Of a stretch of DNA of 53,075 nucleotides, positions 42,984 through 52,286 are shown in pieces. Origin of the DNA: a virus (Duplodnaviria; Caudoviricetes); IMG/VR virus record IMGVR_UViG_3300025030_000138, positions 1-53,075 of that record. One strand, 5' to 3'. The position numbers were made by a program, and so were the translations under genes. Each line of letters starts with the position of its first letter. The stretch's first letter is position 1. Under the pieces are notes generated by a model that searched no databases, had not been told where the DNA came from, and saw only the letters and a program-made list of their open reading frames with translations.

Positions 42984-44921
42984 CCGTTCCGGCGCCCCAG
43001 GGACGACGATCTGGTCTCCGGCCTTGGCGAGCTTTCCGTCCCGGAAGAGGCGGGCGATCGCGTCCTGCTTCTCCTCGGTCTTGCCCGGCACGAGTCCGGC
43101 AAGGGCGCGCTGGGAGGTGATCTCGGAACGGGCCTCCAGCACCGCCTGGATCAGGGCCGCCTGGTGGGCTTCGATCCTCCCCTCCTTCGCGGCCAGCTTG
43201 GCGCGTGCCCTGGCGTCCTGGACGCTCTCCAACTCCTCCTCCCGGGCGAACGCCTCGCTCTCCGTCGGGACGCGCAGGGCCCCGCCGTCGGCGCGCACCA
43301 GCCGCAGATCATCCGGCATCGGCCGCGAGTAGTTCGACTTCACCTGGCGGAACAGCACGTCTGACTCGTCCACGCAGAGGCTTGCGGTCCAGCGCAAGGC
43401 GTCGGTCAGGGCGGAGGATCCGCGCGCGTCGGCCCTGCCCTCGCTGCGGGCTGCCTTCGTGCTGTGGTGCAGCACCAGCACCGTCGGTGCGCCGGGTGCC
43501 CCTGTCAGCGTCTCTAGCCCCTGGACGAACCGGGTAGCGGCGGCGTTGTCGATCTCGGCCGTCGGGCCAGCGAAGCGGGAGAGAGGGTCGACCGCGACAA
43601 GGGACCAGCCAGCGGGGCCCGCGGTGCGGGCGAGGAGATCGCGCAGGTCGGAGAGGGCCTGCGTCTCGAGCAGGGTCTTGCCGTCGTCGGCGAGGGCCAT
43701 GAACGGGCACGCGACACCAGCCAGCGGCAGCACCGTCAGCCGCTCGCTGATCGCCTGCTGGTCCGCCTCGCGCAGTCCCAGGGCTCGCCCCGACGCGTAG
43801 ACCCGGCGCCACACCTCCTCGGTGTCCTCCTCGCCAAGCAGCAGCAGGATCTGCCCCTCCCGTGCCTCGCCCTCAGGCTCGAAGTGATCAAGCCACCGCC
43901 GCCCCGACAGAAGCGACAGCGCGAGAGAGATCAGGATGCTCGTCTTACCGGCCCCGCCCTCGGCGAGGATCGCACCGACTTTCCCGCGCGGGAGCATCCC
44001 GTCACCACAGCCAGGGAGGCACGGCTGCCAGTCCTTCGTGGGGTGGCGCACGAGCCAGCGCCGCAGCGGAGGCACCTCGGTCAGGTACGACACGGGGACG
44101 CGCTTCCACGCAGCAGACAGAGCTCCCTCGGGCCATTCCAGCGCGCGGAGCTCCTCGACGATCGCGGCGTCGTCGCGGCCGTCCCTGGCTTCGAGCCAGT
44201 CGGACACGTCGCCCTTCTCCGACAACCCGGGCAGAGCGACGACGCGGACGACGATCCCGGCCGCGCGCAGCGCCGCCTGCACTTTGGCTGCGTGTTCGCG
44301 ACCCGGGTCGTCGTTGTCTGGCAGCACGACGACGGAGGCGCCACGCAGCGGCTTGGTGTGTGCCTGCGTCCACGCCGCGGAAGCTCCGCCACAGGCCGTG
44401 GTAGCGACGAGCCCCAGAGCGCGGAGGTTGTCCACGTCCTTCTCGCCCTCGACCACGTAGACGGTGGCTCCCTTGGCAGCGGCGGCCACTACCTCGGGCA
44501 GGCGGTACAGCCCGCGGGGAACGTCGCCCCGTCCCCACGTCCAGCCCCCACAGCCGTCCGGGCGTCGCTGGCGGAAGTCCTTGGGCTCGCAGCGGAGCAC
44601 CTCATACAGGGCTGTGCCCGCGGCGTCGGTGTACTGGTACGCGGCGGCGACCTTCATGCCGTTGCTGGGGCGCGGTGCTGGTGCCTCGACGGCGGGGAAC
44701 ATGGCGGAGACCTCGAGCCCGAGTGCCGCCGTGATCGCGGCGAAGTCGCAGCCGGCGAAGCAGTTGACGAGCGCGCGACCGTCGTCACCGACTCGCAGAG
44801 AGAGCGACGCCTTCTTGTCGTCGTGAGCCGGGCACTTGCCGATCCAGCCTTGCTTGGTCTGGCGCGCAGGCGTACCGCGAGCGTCGAGAGCCTGCCGCAC
44901 AGCGTCGATCGGACTCGTCAT
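42873..44921 (-). CDS. Primase-helicase (CHC2 Zn finger, TOPRIM, RepA/AAA_25 helicase)
   Basis: CPAHDD...CFAGC; VVEGEKDV; PDNDDPG; AEGGAGKT; VAVDPL; LHHSTK; RGSSAL. Confidence 0.92.
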   Translation of the reverse strand: MTSPIDAVRQALDARGTPARQTKQGWIGKCPAHDDKKASLSLRVGDDGRALVNCFAGCDFAAITAALGLEVSAMFPAVEAPAPRPSNGMKVAAAYQYTDAAGTALYEVLRCEPKDFRQRRPDGCGGWTWGRGDVPRGLYRLPEVVAAAAKGATVYVVEGEKDVDNLRALGLVATTACGGASAAWTQAHTKPLRGASVVVLPDNDDPGREHAAKVQAALRAAGIVVRVVALPGLSEKGDVSDWLEARDGRDDAAIVEELRALEWPEGALSAAWKRVPVSYLTEVPPLRRWLVRHPTKDWQPCLPGCGDGMLPRGKVGAILAEGGAGKTSILISLALSLLSGRRWLDHFEPEGEAREGQILLLLGEEDTEEVWRRVYASGRALGLREADQQAISERLTVLPLAGVACPFMALADDGKTLLETQALSDLRDLLARTAGPAGWSLVAVDPLSRFAGPTAEIDNAAATRFVQGLETLTGAPGAPTVLVLHHSTKAARSEGRADARGSSALTDALRWTASLCVDESDVLFRQVKSNYSRPMPDDLRLVRADGGALRVPTESEAFAREEELESVQDARARAKLAAKEGRIEAHQAALIQAVLEARSEITSQRALAGLVPGKTEEKQDAIARLFRDGKLAKAGDQIVVPGAPERPIAPRSTPPHPGPHPGAENPLSAPGGAATAPRTPGA

Positions 44922-45661
44922 GGGGTGGGCTTCGCCTTGAGCTGCGCCAGCAGGTCCCCGAAAAAGGTGAGGGACCGAGCCTTCTCCTCCGGAGTGATCG
45001 TCGGGGCAGGCTCCTCGCGGAAGGGAGGCGGCCCGTCCCTCTTTGGCTTCGGCTGTCCGGGCACCCAGCGCGTCGCGCGCTTGGCGTCGCCCCATAGCCG
45101 CGTGATCGCCGCCTCTCGGGCCGCTGCTGCGTCGGCCCAGTACTTCCACGCCGGGCTACCAACGCAGCCGCTCTCCTTTGGGTGCCCACCGCACTTGCGA
45201 CACGTCCACGACCCAGCGTCGGACTGGAACCCTACGTGGTCTCCAACCGTGGTCCACGAGGCCACGGTCCAATGTCCGGCACCCCAGCCGTCATCATCCC
45301 CACGGCCAATGACGCCCATGATCGGGCCCGCCCAAAGACACGACTCGCCCGGCACAGTCCAATTTGCGCCAACAATCACAACCTCCCTGCGCTGGTCGAA
45401 CCAGGGCGAAAGGGCGCGGTGAACCTTCGGCTTGTACTCGTCCATAGCACTGAGCGTTAGCGCTGGTTTCACCTCGATCAGAAGAGGCGTTTCCCATTGG
45501 ATCGCGAAGTCCGGGATGTAGCCAGCGAACTCGTAGGGCTCGTACACCCACGGCCACTCGAGCCGATCGAAGAACGCGGCCCACGTAGCCTCCAGCGAGG
45601 AGCGAAACAGGTGCCCGGCGTAGACGGTCTCGCGTGCCGGGATCCTGGTCTCTGGCTTCAT
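44918..45661 (-). CDS. PD-(D/E)XK endonuclease-like protein
   Basis: FRSSLEATWAAFFD...YEP...YIPDF...IEVKP. Confidence 0.8.
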   Translation of the reverse strand: MKPETRIPARETVYAGHLFRSSLEATWAAFFDRLEWPWVYEPYEFAGYIPDFAIQWETPLLIEVKPALTLSAMDEYKPKVHRALSPWFDQRREVVIVGANWTVPGESCLWAGPIMGVIGRGDDDGWGAGHWTVASWTTVGDHVGFQSDAGSWTCRKCGGHPKESGCVGSPAWKYWADAAAAREAAITRLWGDAKRATRWVPGQPKPKRDGPPPFREEPAPTITPEEKARSLTFFGDLLAQLKAKPTP

Positions 45662-46173
45662 GCCGCCCCCCTCAATGCCTCAAGCGCCGCCCGCACCGCC
45701 GGCAACTTGGGGTTGTCCTCGATCACGTAGACGGCGCCGACCCGCGTCACCAGCCGCTCGAACTTCTCCTGCACCGCGCTCTGCTTGCCCTTCCCGTCGG
45801 GCCGCTTGAGTTCCACGCACAGCAGCCGGCCCAGCGGAGCCACGAGCGCGAGCACGTCGGCGCTGCCCTTGAGGCTCGTCGCCGTGTACCGCTCCTTGCC
45901 GGTGGCGTCGGTCCACTTCTGCCCGCCGACGTTGTTCCGCCACGCGAAGCAGTCGGGCTGCGCCTGGAGGTAGCGCAGGGCCGCACGCACCACGTCGCGC
46001 TCGAGGAGCGGAGGCGGGGCCGGCCTCTCCACCTGGTGGCTCTTGAGCAGCTGCTCCGCGCACGGGTTGCCGAAGGACCCGAGCACGCACCACAGCGGCA
46101 GCGCCATGATCCCCTTCTGGCTCGGGTAGAGCGGGGCCGGCGTGCTCTCCTGGTGGCAGCGGGGGCAGATCAC
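45658..46173 (-). CDS. VRR-NUC nuclease
   Basis: WRNNVG...GSADVL...VELKRP...Q..F. Confidence 0.85.
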   Translation of the reverse strand: MICPRCHQESTPAPLYPSQKGIMALPLWCVLGSFGNPCAEQLLKSHQVERPAPPPLLERDVVRAALRYLQAQPDCFAWRNNVGGQKWTDATGKERYTATSLKGSADVLALVAPLGRLLCVELKRPDGKGKQSAVQEKFERLVTRVGAVYVIEDNPKLPAVRAALEALRGAA

Positions 46174-46321
46174 CTCTTCCCTCCCATCTCCGCCACCCTC
46201 TTCTCCGCCGCGTCCGCCCGCGCCGTCTCCGTCCGGGCCCAGCTGCGGAGCTCGCGCAACTCCCGCTCCCGCTCAGCAAGGAGGGCGAGCAGCGCGGCCT
46301 TGTCGAGCTTGGTGGGGTCGG

Positions 46322-46930
46322 TCATGGCGTCTCCGGCTTCGGCTGCCGCAGACGCCACCACTCGGGCCGCTGTCGCAGCGCGAGCCTGACGAGGTGGCGC
46401 AGCTGCGCGGGTCCGACTCCGGCGAGGATCCGGGCCGCGAGCCTTGGCTTGCTCAACTTCCTCATGCCGCGGTGCATGTCGTAGCGCGTCGCCAGCGCCT
46501 CCAATTCCTCGCGCCACAACAGGTGCATCTGCCACGCGGCGACCTCGCCCGGGTTGTCGTGGGCGAAGCGGGCGGTGCGCATGACCGCGGCCCCGTGCAA
46601 CCACGAGAACACCTCCACGCCCCACCAGCCGGGCGACTTCGCCAGCGCTTCCTTCTCGTGCTTCGCGTCCACGCACAGGGTCACGCGGTCGAACACGAGC
46701 GAGAACGTGGGCACCTGCGTCGCCAGCCGGCGGCAGGTATCGGCCTCACTCTTGATCTCGTAGCCGTGCAGCCACCCCTCGACCATGCCCGGGGCCGCGG
46801 CCTCACCGACGGCGAGCACGTCGATCCGTCCGACGCCGCAGCCGACGGCAACCTCCTCCAGGATCAGTGCGCGGTCCTGCTCGCGTGCCGCCCAGAGGAG
46901 GACGGCGGCTCTGATCTCGCGCTCGGTCAC
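46322..46930 (-). CDS. sce7726-family PD-(D/E)XK-like protein
   Basis: RIDV...LHGYEIKSEADT..RL..Q...FS.VFD...WWGV. Confidence 0.75.
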   Translation of the reverse strand: MTEREIRAAVLLWAAREQDRALILEEVAVGCGVGRIDVLAVGEAAAPGMVEGWLHGYEIKSEADTCRRLATQVPTFSLVFDRVTLCVDAKHEKEALAKSPGWWGVEVFSWLHGAAVMRTARFAHDNPGEVAAWQMHLLWREELEALATRYDMHRGMRKLSKPRLAARILAGVGPAQLRHLVRLALRQRPEWWRLRQPKPETP

Positions 46931-47743
46931 GCGGGGCCCTTGAGGGCGGCGCGGGCGACGCAGGCCGCGCAGGCCGGCGACTCGCCCTGGTCGCAGTCGC
47001 AGCCGAGCATGCGGACTTCCTCCACCGCCTCCCTCAGCCTGTCCCGCTCGTCGGCCGCGTCGAGGAGGGAGCCGAGTGCGTTGACCGCGGCGACCGTCAG
47101 CGCCAGCGCATTCGCGGTGTCGAACGGCAGCCCGTCCCGCGTCACCACCGCGTCGCCCTCGTCGTCGACGACGATCCGCTCCTTCCCGTCGCACTGCCAC
47201 GGCAACGGACTCTCCGCGCCGTGCGTCGCGATCCCCAGCAACTCCCTCAACGTGTCCCTCTCCGCCCTAGTCATGGCCGTCTCCTCCCGTGTCTCACCCC
47301 GTCTCGAAACCATCTCCGCCTCTGCCCCAACGTCGCCGGCACCACCCGCTCCCACAGCCTGCCGAGCACGAACCCGGCCGGGAGCGCGCCCAGGGCTAGG
47401 GCGAGGAACACGGTGGCGTCCACGGCGGTCATTGCTGCCGGCTCGATCCCGGTGCGTTCGGCACCTTGCCGGCGATCGTAATCAGGGCGGTGGGTCCGCG
47501 CCGGTCCACGCGCTCGACCACGAACGCGAACCCGGCCAGGTGCACCACGTCGCCGGGGAGCACGGGGTCGCCGCGGATCCGCCCCCGCTGCCGCCTCGTC
47601 CACAGACAGAGGCGGTGCCAGTGCGCCCGCGCGTCGGGGTACAGAGCCCAGCCGAGGAGGGCGGCGGAGAGGGCTAGCACCGCCAGCGCGGCGAGCTCCG
47701 GGGACTCGATGGTGGCCCACAGGTCGCCGGTCAGTCCGTGCAT
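46927..47743 (-). other. Three small ORFs (47429-47743 and 47271-47432 with TM helices; 46927-47274)
   Basis: ATGA coupling; hydrophobic helices. Confidence 0.55.
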
Positions 47744-48477
47744 ACGCAATCCCACCGAGGCTCGCTTGCCTCATCCACGTCGAGCAGGAGCGGCTGCGCC
47801 TGCGTCTTGCGGAAGAGGGCCGCATAGGACACCTCGTCGGGTCGGAACGTGGCCCCGATCTGCGCCTCTTTCTCGATCCACCACGCCGCCGTCTCCGGGT
47901 GGTCGCGCATGATGCGGCTGCGAATGTTCCGCGACTTCATGAAGCACAGCGAGCAGTTCGACTCCCACCAGCGCAGGTGAAGATCGAACGGCTGCGCGTC
48001 CCAGAAAGCCATCACGTCGTCGCGCGTGACCCTCGCTTCGTAGAGCGGGAAGGCGTCCTCCCACGCTTCGGCCTCCTTCGCCCGCGCCTTGGCCACCCGG
48101 CGTGGATCGTCGTAGCGCAGGCCCACCACGTTCGCCCACGACTCGTGGCCCAGGCCGCGCATGAGGCCGGCCATCGGCTTGATCTTGAGGTCCGACGTGC
48201 AGAACCGAGCCACGGGGTTGGGCAGGTAGCTGCGCTTGCGGATCAACTCATCGAACCCGCCGGGCGCAGAGACGGTGTGGATCTCGACGCCCCACCGCTT
48301 CGCGCACTCGGCAACGAAGGCGTAGGTGGCAGGCATCTCCAGTCCGGTGTCGGCAAACGCAACGACAACGCCGGGCCGAAGCCCAGCATCGAGGACGCGC
48401 CGAAGCATGTAGCCGGAGGTTCGCCCGCCCGAGAAACTGATCAGCGCCGGGCCTTCAATTGCGAACGGGTTAATCAC
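47731..48477 (-). CDS. PAPS-reductase/adenine nucleotide alpha-hydrolase family protein
   Basis: SFSGGRTS, FADTG.E, RFCT..LK, VGLRYDD..R, SNCSLCF. Confidence 0.85.
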   Translation of the reverse strand: MINPFAIEGPALISFSGGRTSGYMLRRVLDAGLRPGVVVAFADTGLEMPATYAFVAECAKRWGVEIHTVSAPGGFDELIRKRSYLPNPVARFCTSDLKIKPMAGLMRGLGHESWANVVGLRYDDPRRVAKARAKEAEAWEDAFPLYEARVTRDDVMAFWDAQPFDLHLRWWESNCSLCFMKSRNIRSRIMRDHPETAAWWIEKEAQIGATFRPDEVSYAALFRKTQAQPLLLDVDEASEPRWDCVCTD

Positions 48478-48667
48478 CTCTCCCCCGCCGTCCCGCAAGA
48501 CCCCAGAAACGTCCCCGGCGCCGCGACCCCGGCCTGTCTCCGCGCCTTGCGCACGAGCGACTCCGGCGCCCCGGTCCGCTCCCGGATCGCAGCCGTGGGC
48601 AGGGTGGGCTCGGCGGCGACGAGGGCCACGAGGCGGGCGAAGAAGGGGGGCGAGGCGTTGGGGCGTC

Positions 48668-49045
48668 TCACTTCGCGGCTGCCGTCAGCGCCAACAGCGC
48701 GGCCTCGGCCTCGGGAGAGAGGCCGTAGGTGGTGCGCATCCCGATCGCGGGCCACGTCGTCTCCTCCGGCTTCCACTGGTCCTCCAGCCCGTAGCACGAG
48801 CAGTGCGAGGCGTTGACCTCGTAGAGCACCCCGTCGCGGCGGAAGACCACGAGCGCGGCGCCCTCGTAGTCCTCGCGGTCGTAGGTGGCGAACACGATCT
48901 CGGCGTCGGTCGCAATGTCGGCAGGCGATCCGGCGGCGCCGAAGCCCGCGAAGTCCGACGCCACCTGCGCGTGCTTCGTCCACTCTCCGAAATAGCGTCT
49001 CGCTTCGACTCCGGCAGTCATGGCCTCTCCGTTGGTTGTGCTCAT
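48668..49045 (-). CDS. Conserved phage hypothetical protein
   Basis: FATY...DYEG.A.V.FRRDG.LYEVN.SHCSCYGLE.QW.PE. Confidence 0.7.
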   Translation of the reverse strand: MSTTNGEAMTAGVEARRYFGEWTKHAQVASDFAGFGAAGSPADIATDAEIVFATYDREDYEGAALVVFRRDGVLYEVNASHCSCYGLEDQWKPEETTWPAIGMRTTYGLSPEAEAALLALTAAAK

Positions 49046-50440
49046 CCCGCCCTCGTCGCCGCGCCGTTCGAGGCCCAGCCGCCGAAGTCCTCCGCGCGCA
49101 GGGTCGGCAGCGGCTCCAGCGTCACGCCTGGGGGCAGGGGCGAGGCCGGCGACCGGCGCGGCTTCTTTGCCGGCCCGCGGAAGAACCGGGGGCGGTGGGC
49201 GGTGCACGTCCTCCAGAACGGCGCCGGCACCTCGGCCGCCCGGGCGTCGACGTACTCCACCTTCCGCGCCCGCCGCGGGCACAGCGCGACCTGGCAGTCG
49301 TCGGCGCGGGCGTCGCGCACGATCAGGTCCGGCGGCCGCCCGGGGCCGGCCACGTCCACGGTCACGTGCTGCCGCCCTGCGAGCTCGGCAGCGCGGGACT
49401 CGCAGGCCAGGCACGTGGTCTTGTGCGGGCCGCTGCGGCTGCAGCGTTCCGAGCGGCCGAAGCGCCGCTGCGGCTTCTCGTTGTGGCAGGTGTCGCACGT
49501 CTGCCTATCCACGGATCGTCCTCCTCTGCCGCCGCAGCTCCGCGGCCAGCGCCAGGTGCTCCTCGGCTCCGTGCCGGTCTCCACCCGCGAGGCAGTGGGC
49601 GGCGAGGGTCAGCTCGCGGGACTGCGCGAGGCGGAGGGAGGCGTAGAGGGTGGGGGTCATGGGCGCTCCTCCCCGCAGCAGCTCCCGCCCTCGCGGTCGG
49701 CGCCGCAACGCGGGCAGATCCAGTGGCGCTGGCGGCGGGCGAGGCGGGCTCGCAGCCAGGCGTTGAAGAGGTCTAGGGCGGTCATGGGCGCGCCCCCGGC
49801 GCCACGCACGGGATCCCGGCCAGCCGGCGGTCCAGCCACCAGCAGTAGCGCCCGTGGACCTTCGCCGGTCGCGGCGGCGCCATCGTGCAGGCGTCAGTCC
49901 TCGGCGCCGCCGGGCCCGTCGCGTGGACGGCGTGGAGCACGGCAGCGAGTCCGCGCCCGAGCCGGGAGAAGTCGACGGCCCAGAACAGCCACGGCCCGGG
50001 ACGCAGGGCCCAGGCGCTCCGAGAGAACATGGGGTTGATGATCTCGGCGAGGCGCCAGTTGTTGCGGCTGGCTCGCCTCCCGCGGGTCCGCCATTGGTGG
50101 CGCAGCGGGACCGACGGAGGGCGGTAGCTGCCCCCTACGGACGGGCGCGAGTCCATCACACCACCTCCCCCGCCGCCCTCCACCACAGCCGCCCCTTCTC
50201 GTCCGCCACGACATCGGCGCCGTGGGCGCGGAGGAAGCCGCGCAGGGTGCAGGGGCAGGAGACGCGCTGGCGATCCTTGGGGACGGGGACGGCGGTGCCC
50301 TTGCCGCCGCGCTTCTCCCGGTGGACGCGGACGAGGGTCGTGAGCACGCCAGAGGACTGGCAGGGGCGGCAGCTGGAGGCGGCGTGGCCCTTCATCTCTT
50401 CGATCGTGACGGGGCGGAGGGGCTGCGGGGTCGTGGTCAC
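49042..50440 (-). other. Cluster of about five small coupled hypothetical ORFs
   Basis: ATGA/GTGA overlaps; CxxC motifs. Confidence 0.5.
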
Positions 50441-51243
50441 TTGGGCTCCGGGGGGAGGGGGAGGGAGGACTGCTTCACCTTCCGCGGCTTGGCGAAACAG
50501 AGCTCGGGCTGCTCGGTCGCTCCGGCGATCCGTGCCGAGGCAATGGCGTGGTACTTCGGCTGAATTTCCCAGCCCACGAACGAGCGGCCCATGCGCTTGG
50601 CGACGACGCCGCACGTTCCGCTCCCGGCGTGGCTGTCGAGGATGGTTTCGCCGGGGTCGGAGAAGTCGAACACGAGCGCGGCGAGTAGCGCCTCGGGCTT
50701 CTGCGTGGTGTGGACGCGGTGCTCTCCGTTGCCGCGCTCCAACACGATCGGGAACGTCCACAGCGCGTGACGCCCGCCGCCGTTCCACCGCTTCCGCCCA
50801 CGACGGTGGGCGATGACGATCGCCTCGTACCCAACGGCGGGACGGTCGCCAACGAAACTCGGCGTGGCGCCGACCTTGATCCATGCGCCGACACGGATGG
50901 GCTCGAGCCCGGCGGCGGTGAATGCGTCGCGCCAGAGGTGGACGCTCTCCACGTCGCAGAACGAGAGCACCCACCGCCTCGTCAGCCGGGCGTACTCCTT
51001 CGCCAGCGCCGCGATCTCCTTCGGAGTGATCGACGCGAAGCCGAGATCACGGACGCGGTTGAAGGACGTGCGACCGTTGCCGCTCTCGCCGTCGTTCGCG
51101 CACCCGGTCGCGCCCCGGCGGCTGCGGGTGTGGACGTGCTCGGAGTAGGGGCAATCCACGATCGTCACGTCGATCGACAGGTCGGGTAGCGACGCGAGCC
51201 CGGCGGGGCCGAGGGCGTCGCCGAGGTGGAGGGTGTGGCTCAC
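50437..51243 (-). CDS. N6-adenine/N4-cytosine DNA methyltransferase (beta class)
   Basis: IVDCPY (motif IV variant), HTTQKP, ILDSHAGSGT, G.E.....AIASARI. Confidence 0.85.
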   Translation of the reverse strand: MSHTLHLGDALGPAGLASLPDLSIDVTIVDCPYSEHVHTRSRRGATGCANDGESGNGRTSFNRVRDLGFASITPKEIAALAKEYARLTRRWVLSFCDVESVHLWRDAFTAAGLEPIRVGAWIKVGATPSFVGDRPAVGYEAIVIAHRRGRKRWNGGGRHALWTFPIVLERGNGEHRVHTTQKPEALLAALVFDFSDPGETILDSHAGSGTCGVVAKRMGRSFVGWEIQPKYHAIASARIAGATEQPELCFAKPRKVKQSSLPLPPEPK

Positions 51244-51292
51244 GCGGACACCGGACGGGGCGCGGGCTGGCCGACGGGGCAGGGGCAGGGGG

Positions 51293-51532
51293 TCATGCGG
51301 CCCTCTTCTTGCGCGGCTTCGTCGCCGGCTTCTCGGGCCACGCCTCGACCGGCACCGCGCCGCGGGTGACGCGGGCGATGAGCACGCGGTACATCCACGG
51401 CGGACCGACCAGCGCCCACCGGCTGATCTGCTGCTGCCGGACCTTTCGCCCGGTGGCGGCGGAGAACCGCTCCGCAAACTCCGTTTGGGTCAGGCTCCGC
51501 TCGGACAGGTACACCGCAAGGGGGTTGGCCAT
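51293..51532 (-). CDS. Cro-like HTH regulator
   Basis: L..YL....LTQTEFA......V.QQQISRW...I.RVT.GAV; divergent from the CI-like gene. Confidence 0.8.
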   Translation of the reverse strand: MANPLAVYLSERSLTQTEFAERFSAATGRKVRQQQISRWALVGPPWMYRVLIARVTRGAVPVEAWPEKPATKPRKKRAA

Positions 51533-51541
51533 GTCCGCAGG

Positions 51542-51591
51542 CTACACTTTTCCGCGTAGAGATCAACAGAGGACTACGCCAAAGTGCGTAG
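51542..51591. promoter_or_regulatory. Two 18-bp operators CTACRC-N6-GYGTAG (51542-51559, 51574-51591); the first overlaps the leftward promoter TTGATC-N16-TAGCCT
   Basis: CTACACTTTTCCGCGTAG and CTACGCCAAAGTGCGTAG, between the divergent HTH genes. Confidence 0.8.
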
Positions 51592-51625
51592 GCCGCCGGG
51601 ATGTCGGAAGGGCTATCCTCCCGTC

Positions 51626-51817
51626 GTGGCCCCTACCCCAGGTCAGCGCCTAGAGGCACTCCGCGAGGCTCGCGGCATGAGTCAGTCCGACGTCGCGCGA
51701 GCGTGCTCGACGACGCAGCAGACGATCTCAAGGATCGAGGGCGACAAGAGCGCGCCGACCCTGACGACGCTCCAGGAGATCGCCCGACCCGGGACGCTCT
51801 CCGCCGGCTCGGGCTGA
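51626..51817 (+). CDS. XRE-family HTH repressor, short and possibly truncated
   Basis: GQRLEALREARGMSQSDVARACSTTQQTISRIEGDKSAPT. Confidence 0.75.
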   Translation: MAPTPGQRLEALREARGMSQSDVARACSTTQQTISRIEGDKSAPTLTTLQEIARPGTLSAGSG

Positions 51818-51857
51818 CCTAGCTACTCCTTTTCTTGTGGCCCGCGCGGATAGCTAC

Positions 51858-51886
51858 TTGCGCCCCTACGCGTTTGTGTGTAGGGT
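51858..51886 (+). promoter_or_regulatory. Rightward sigma70-type promoter overlapped by a third operator (51866-51883)
   Basis: TTGCGC-N17-TAGGGT; CTACGCGTTTGTGTGTAG. Confidence 0.7.
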
Positions 51887-52040
51887 TCCGTTCACGGTGC
51901 TCGCACAGACCAGCAGCGCGGGCGGGCAGGGGCAGGGCGCGGAACCGGGGCTGCCTACGGGCGAGCCGGGGCGCTGGCAGGGCAGGGACGGGCCGAGGTT
52001 GAGCGGCCCGAGTAGTAGGCGACCGGGGAGGGTCGCGGAC

Positions 52041-52286
52041 ATGGGCAAGCACACCGCAGGGTCGTGGACCGTCCACGACAGATCGACCGCCTACGACATC
52101 GAGCACGTCGGCCCGGACGGACTGAGCCGGATCGCCGAGTGCTGGGACTGGGACGTGGCGAGGTTGCTGTCCTCCGCCCCCCTCCTCCTCGCCGTCGCCG
52201 AGGAGCTGCTGGCCCCCGGCGGCGACGTGCAGCGCGCGATCGGCCTCGCCCGCACCGCCCTCGCCGCCGCCCGGGGTGAGTCGTGA
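52041..52286 (+). CDS. Phage early hypothetical protein
   Basis: KHTAGSW...ARLLSSAPLLL, a variant of the common HTPGPW...ARLIAAAP.LL pattern. Confidence 0.7.
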   Translation: MGKHTAGSWTVHDRSTAYDIEHVGPDGLSRIAECWDWDVARLLSSAPLLLAVAEELLAPGGDVQRAIGLARTALAAARGES

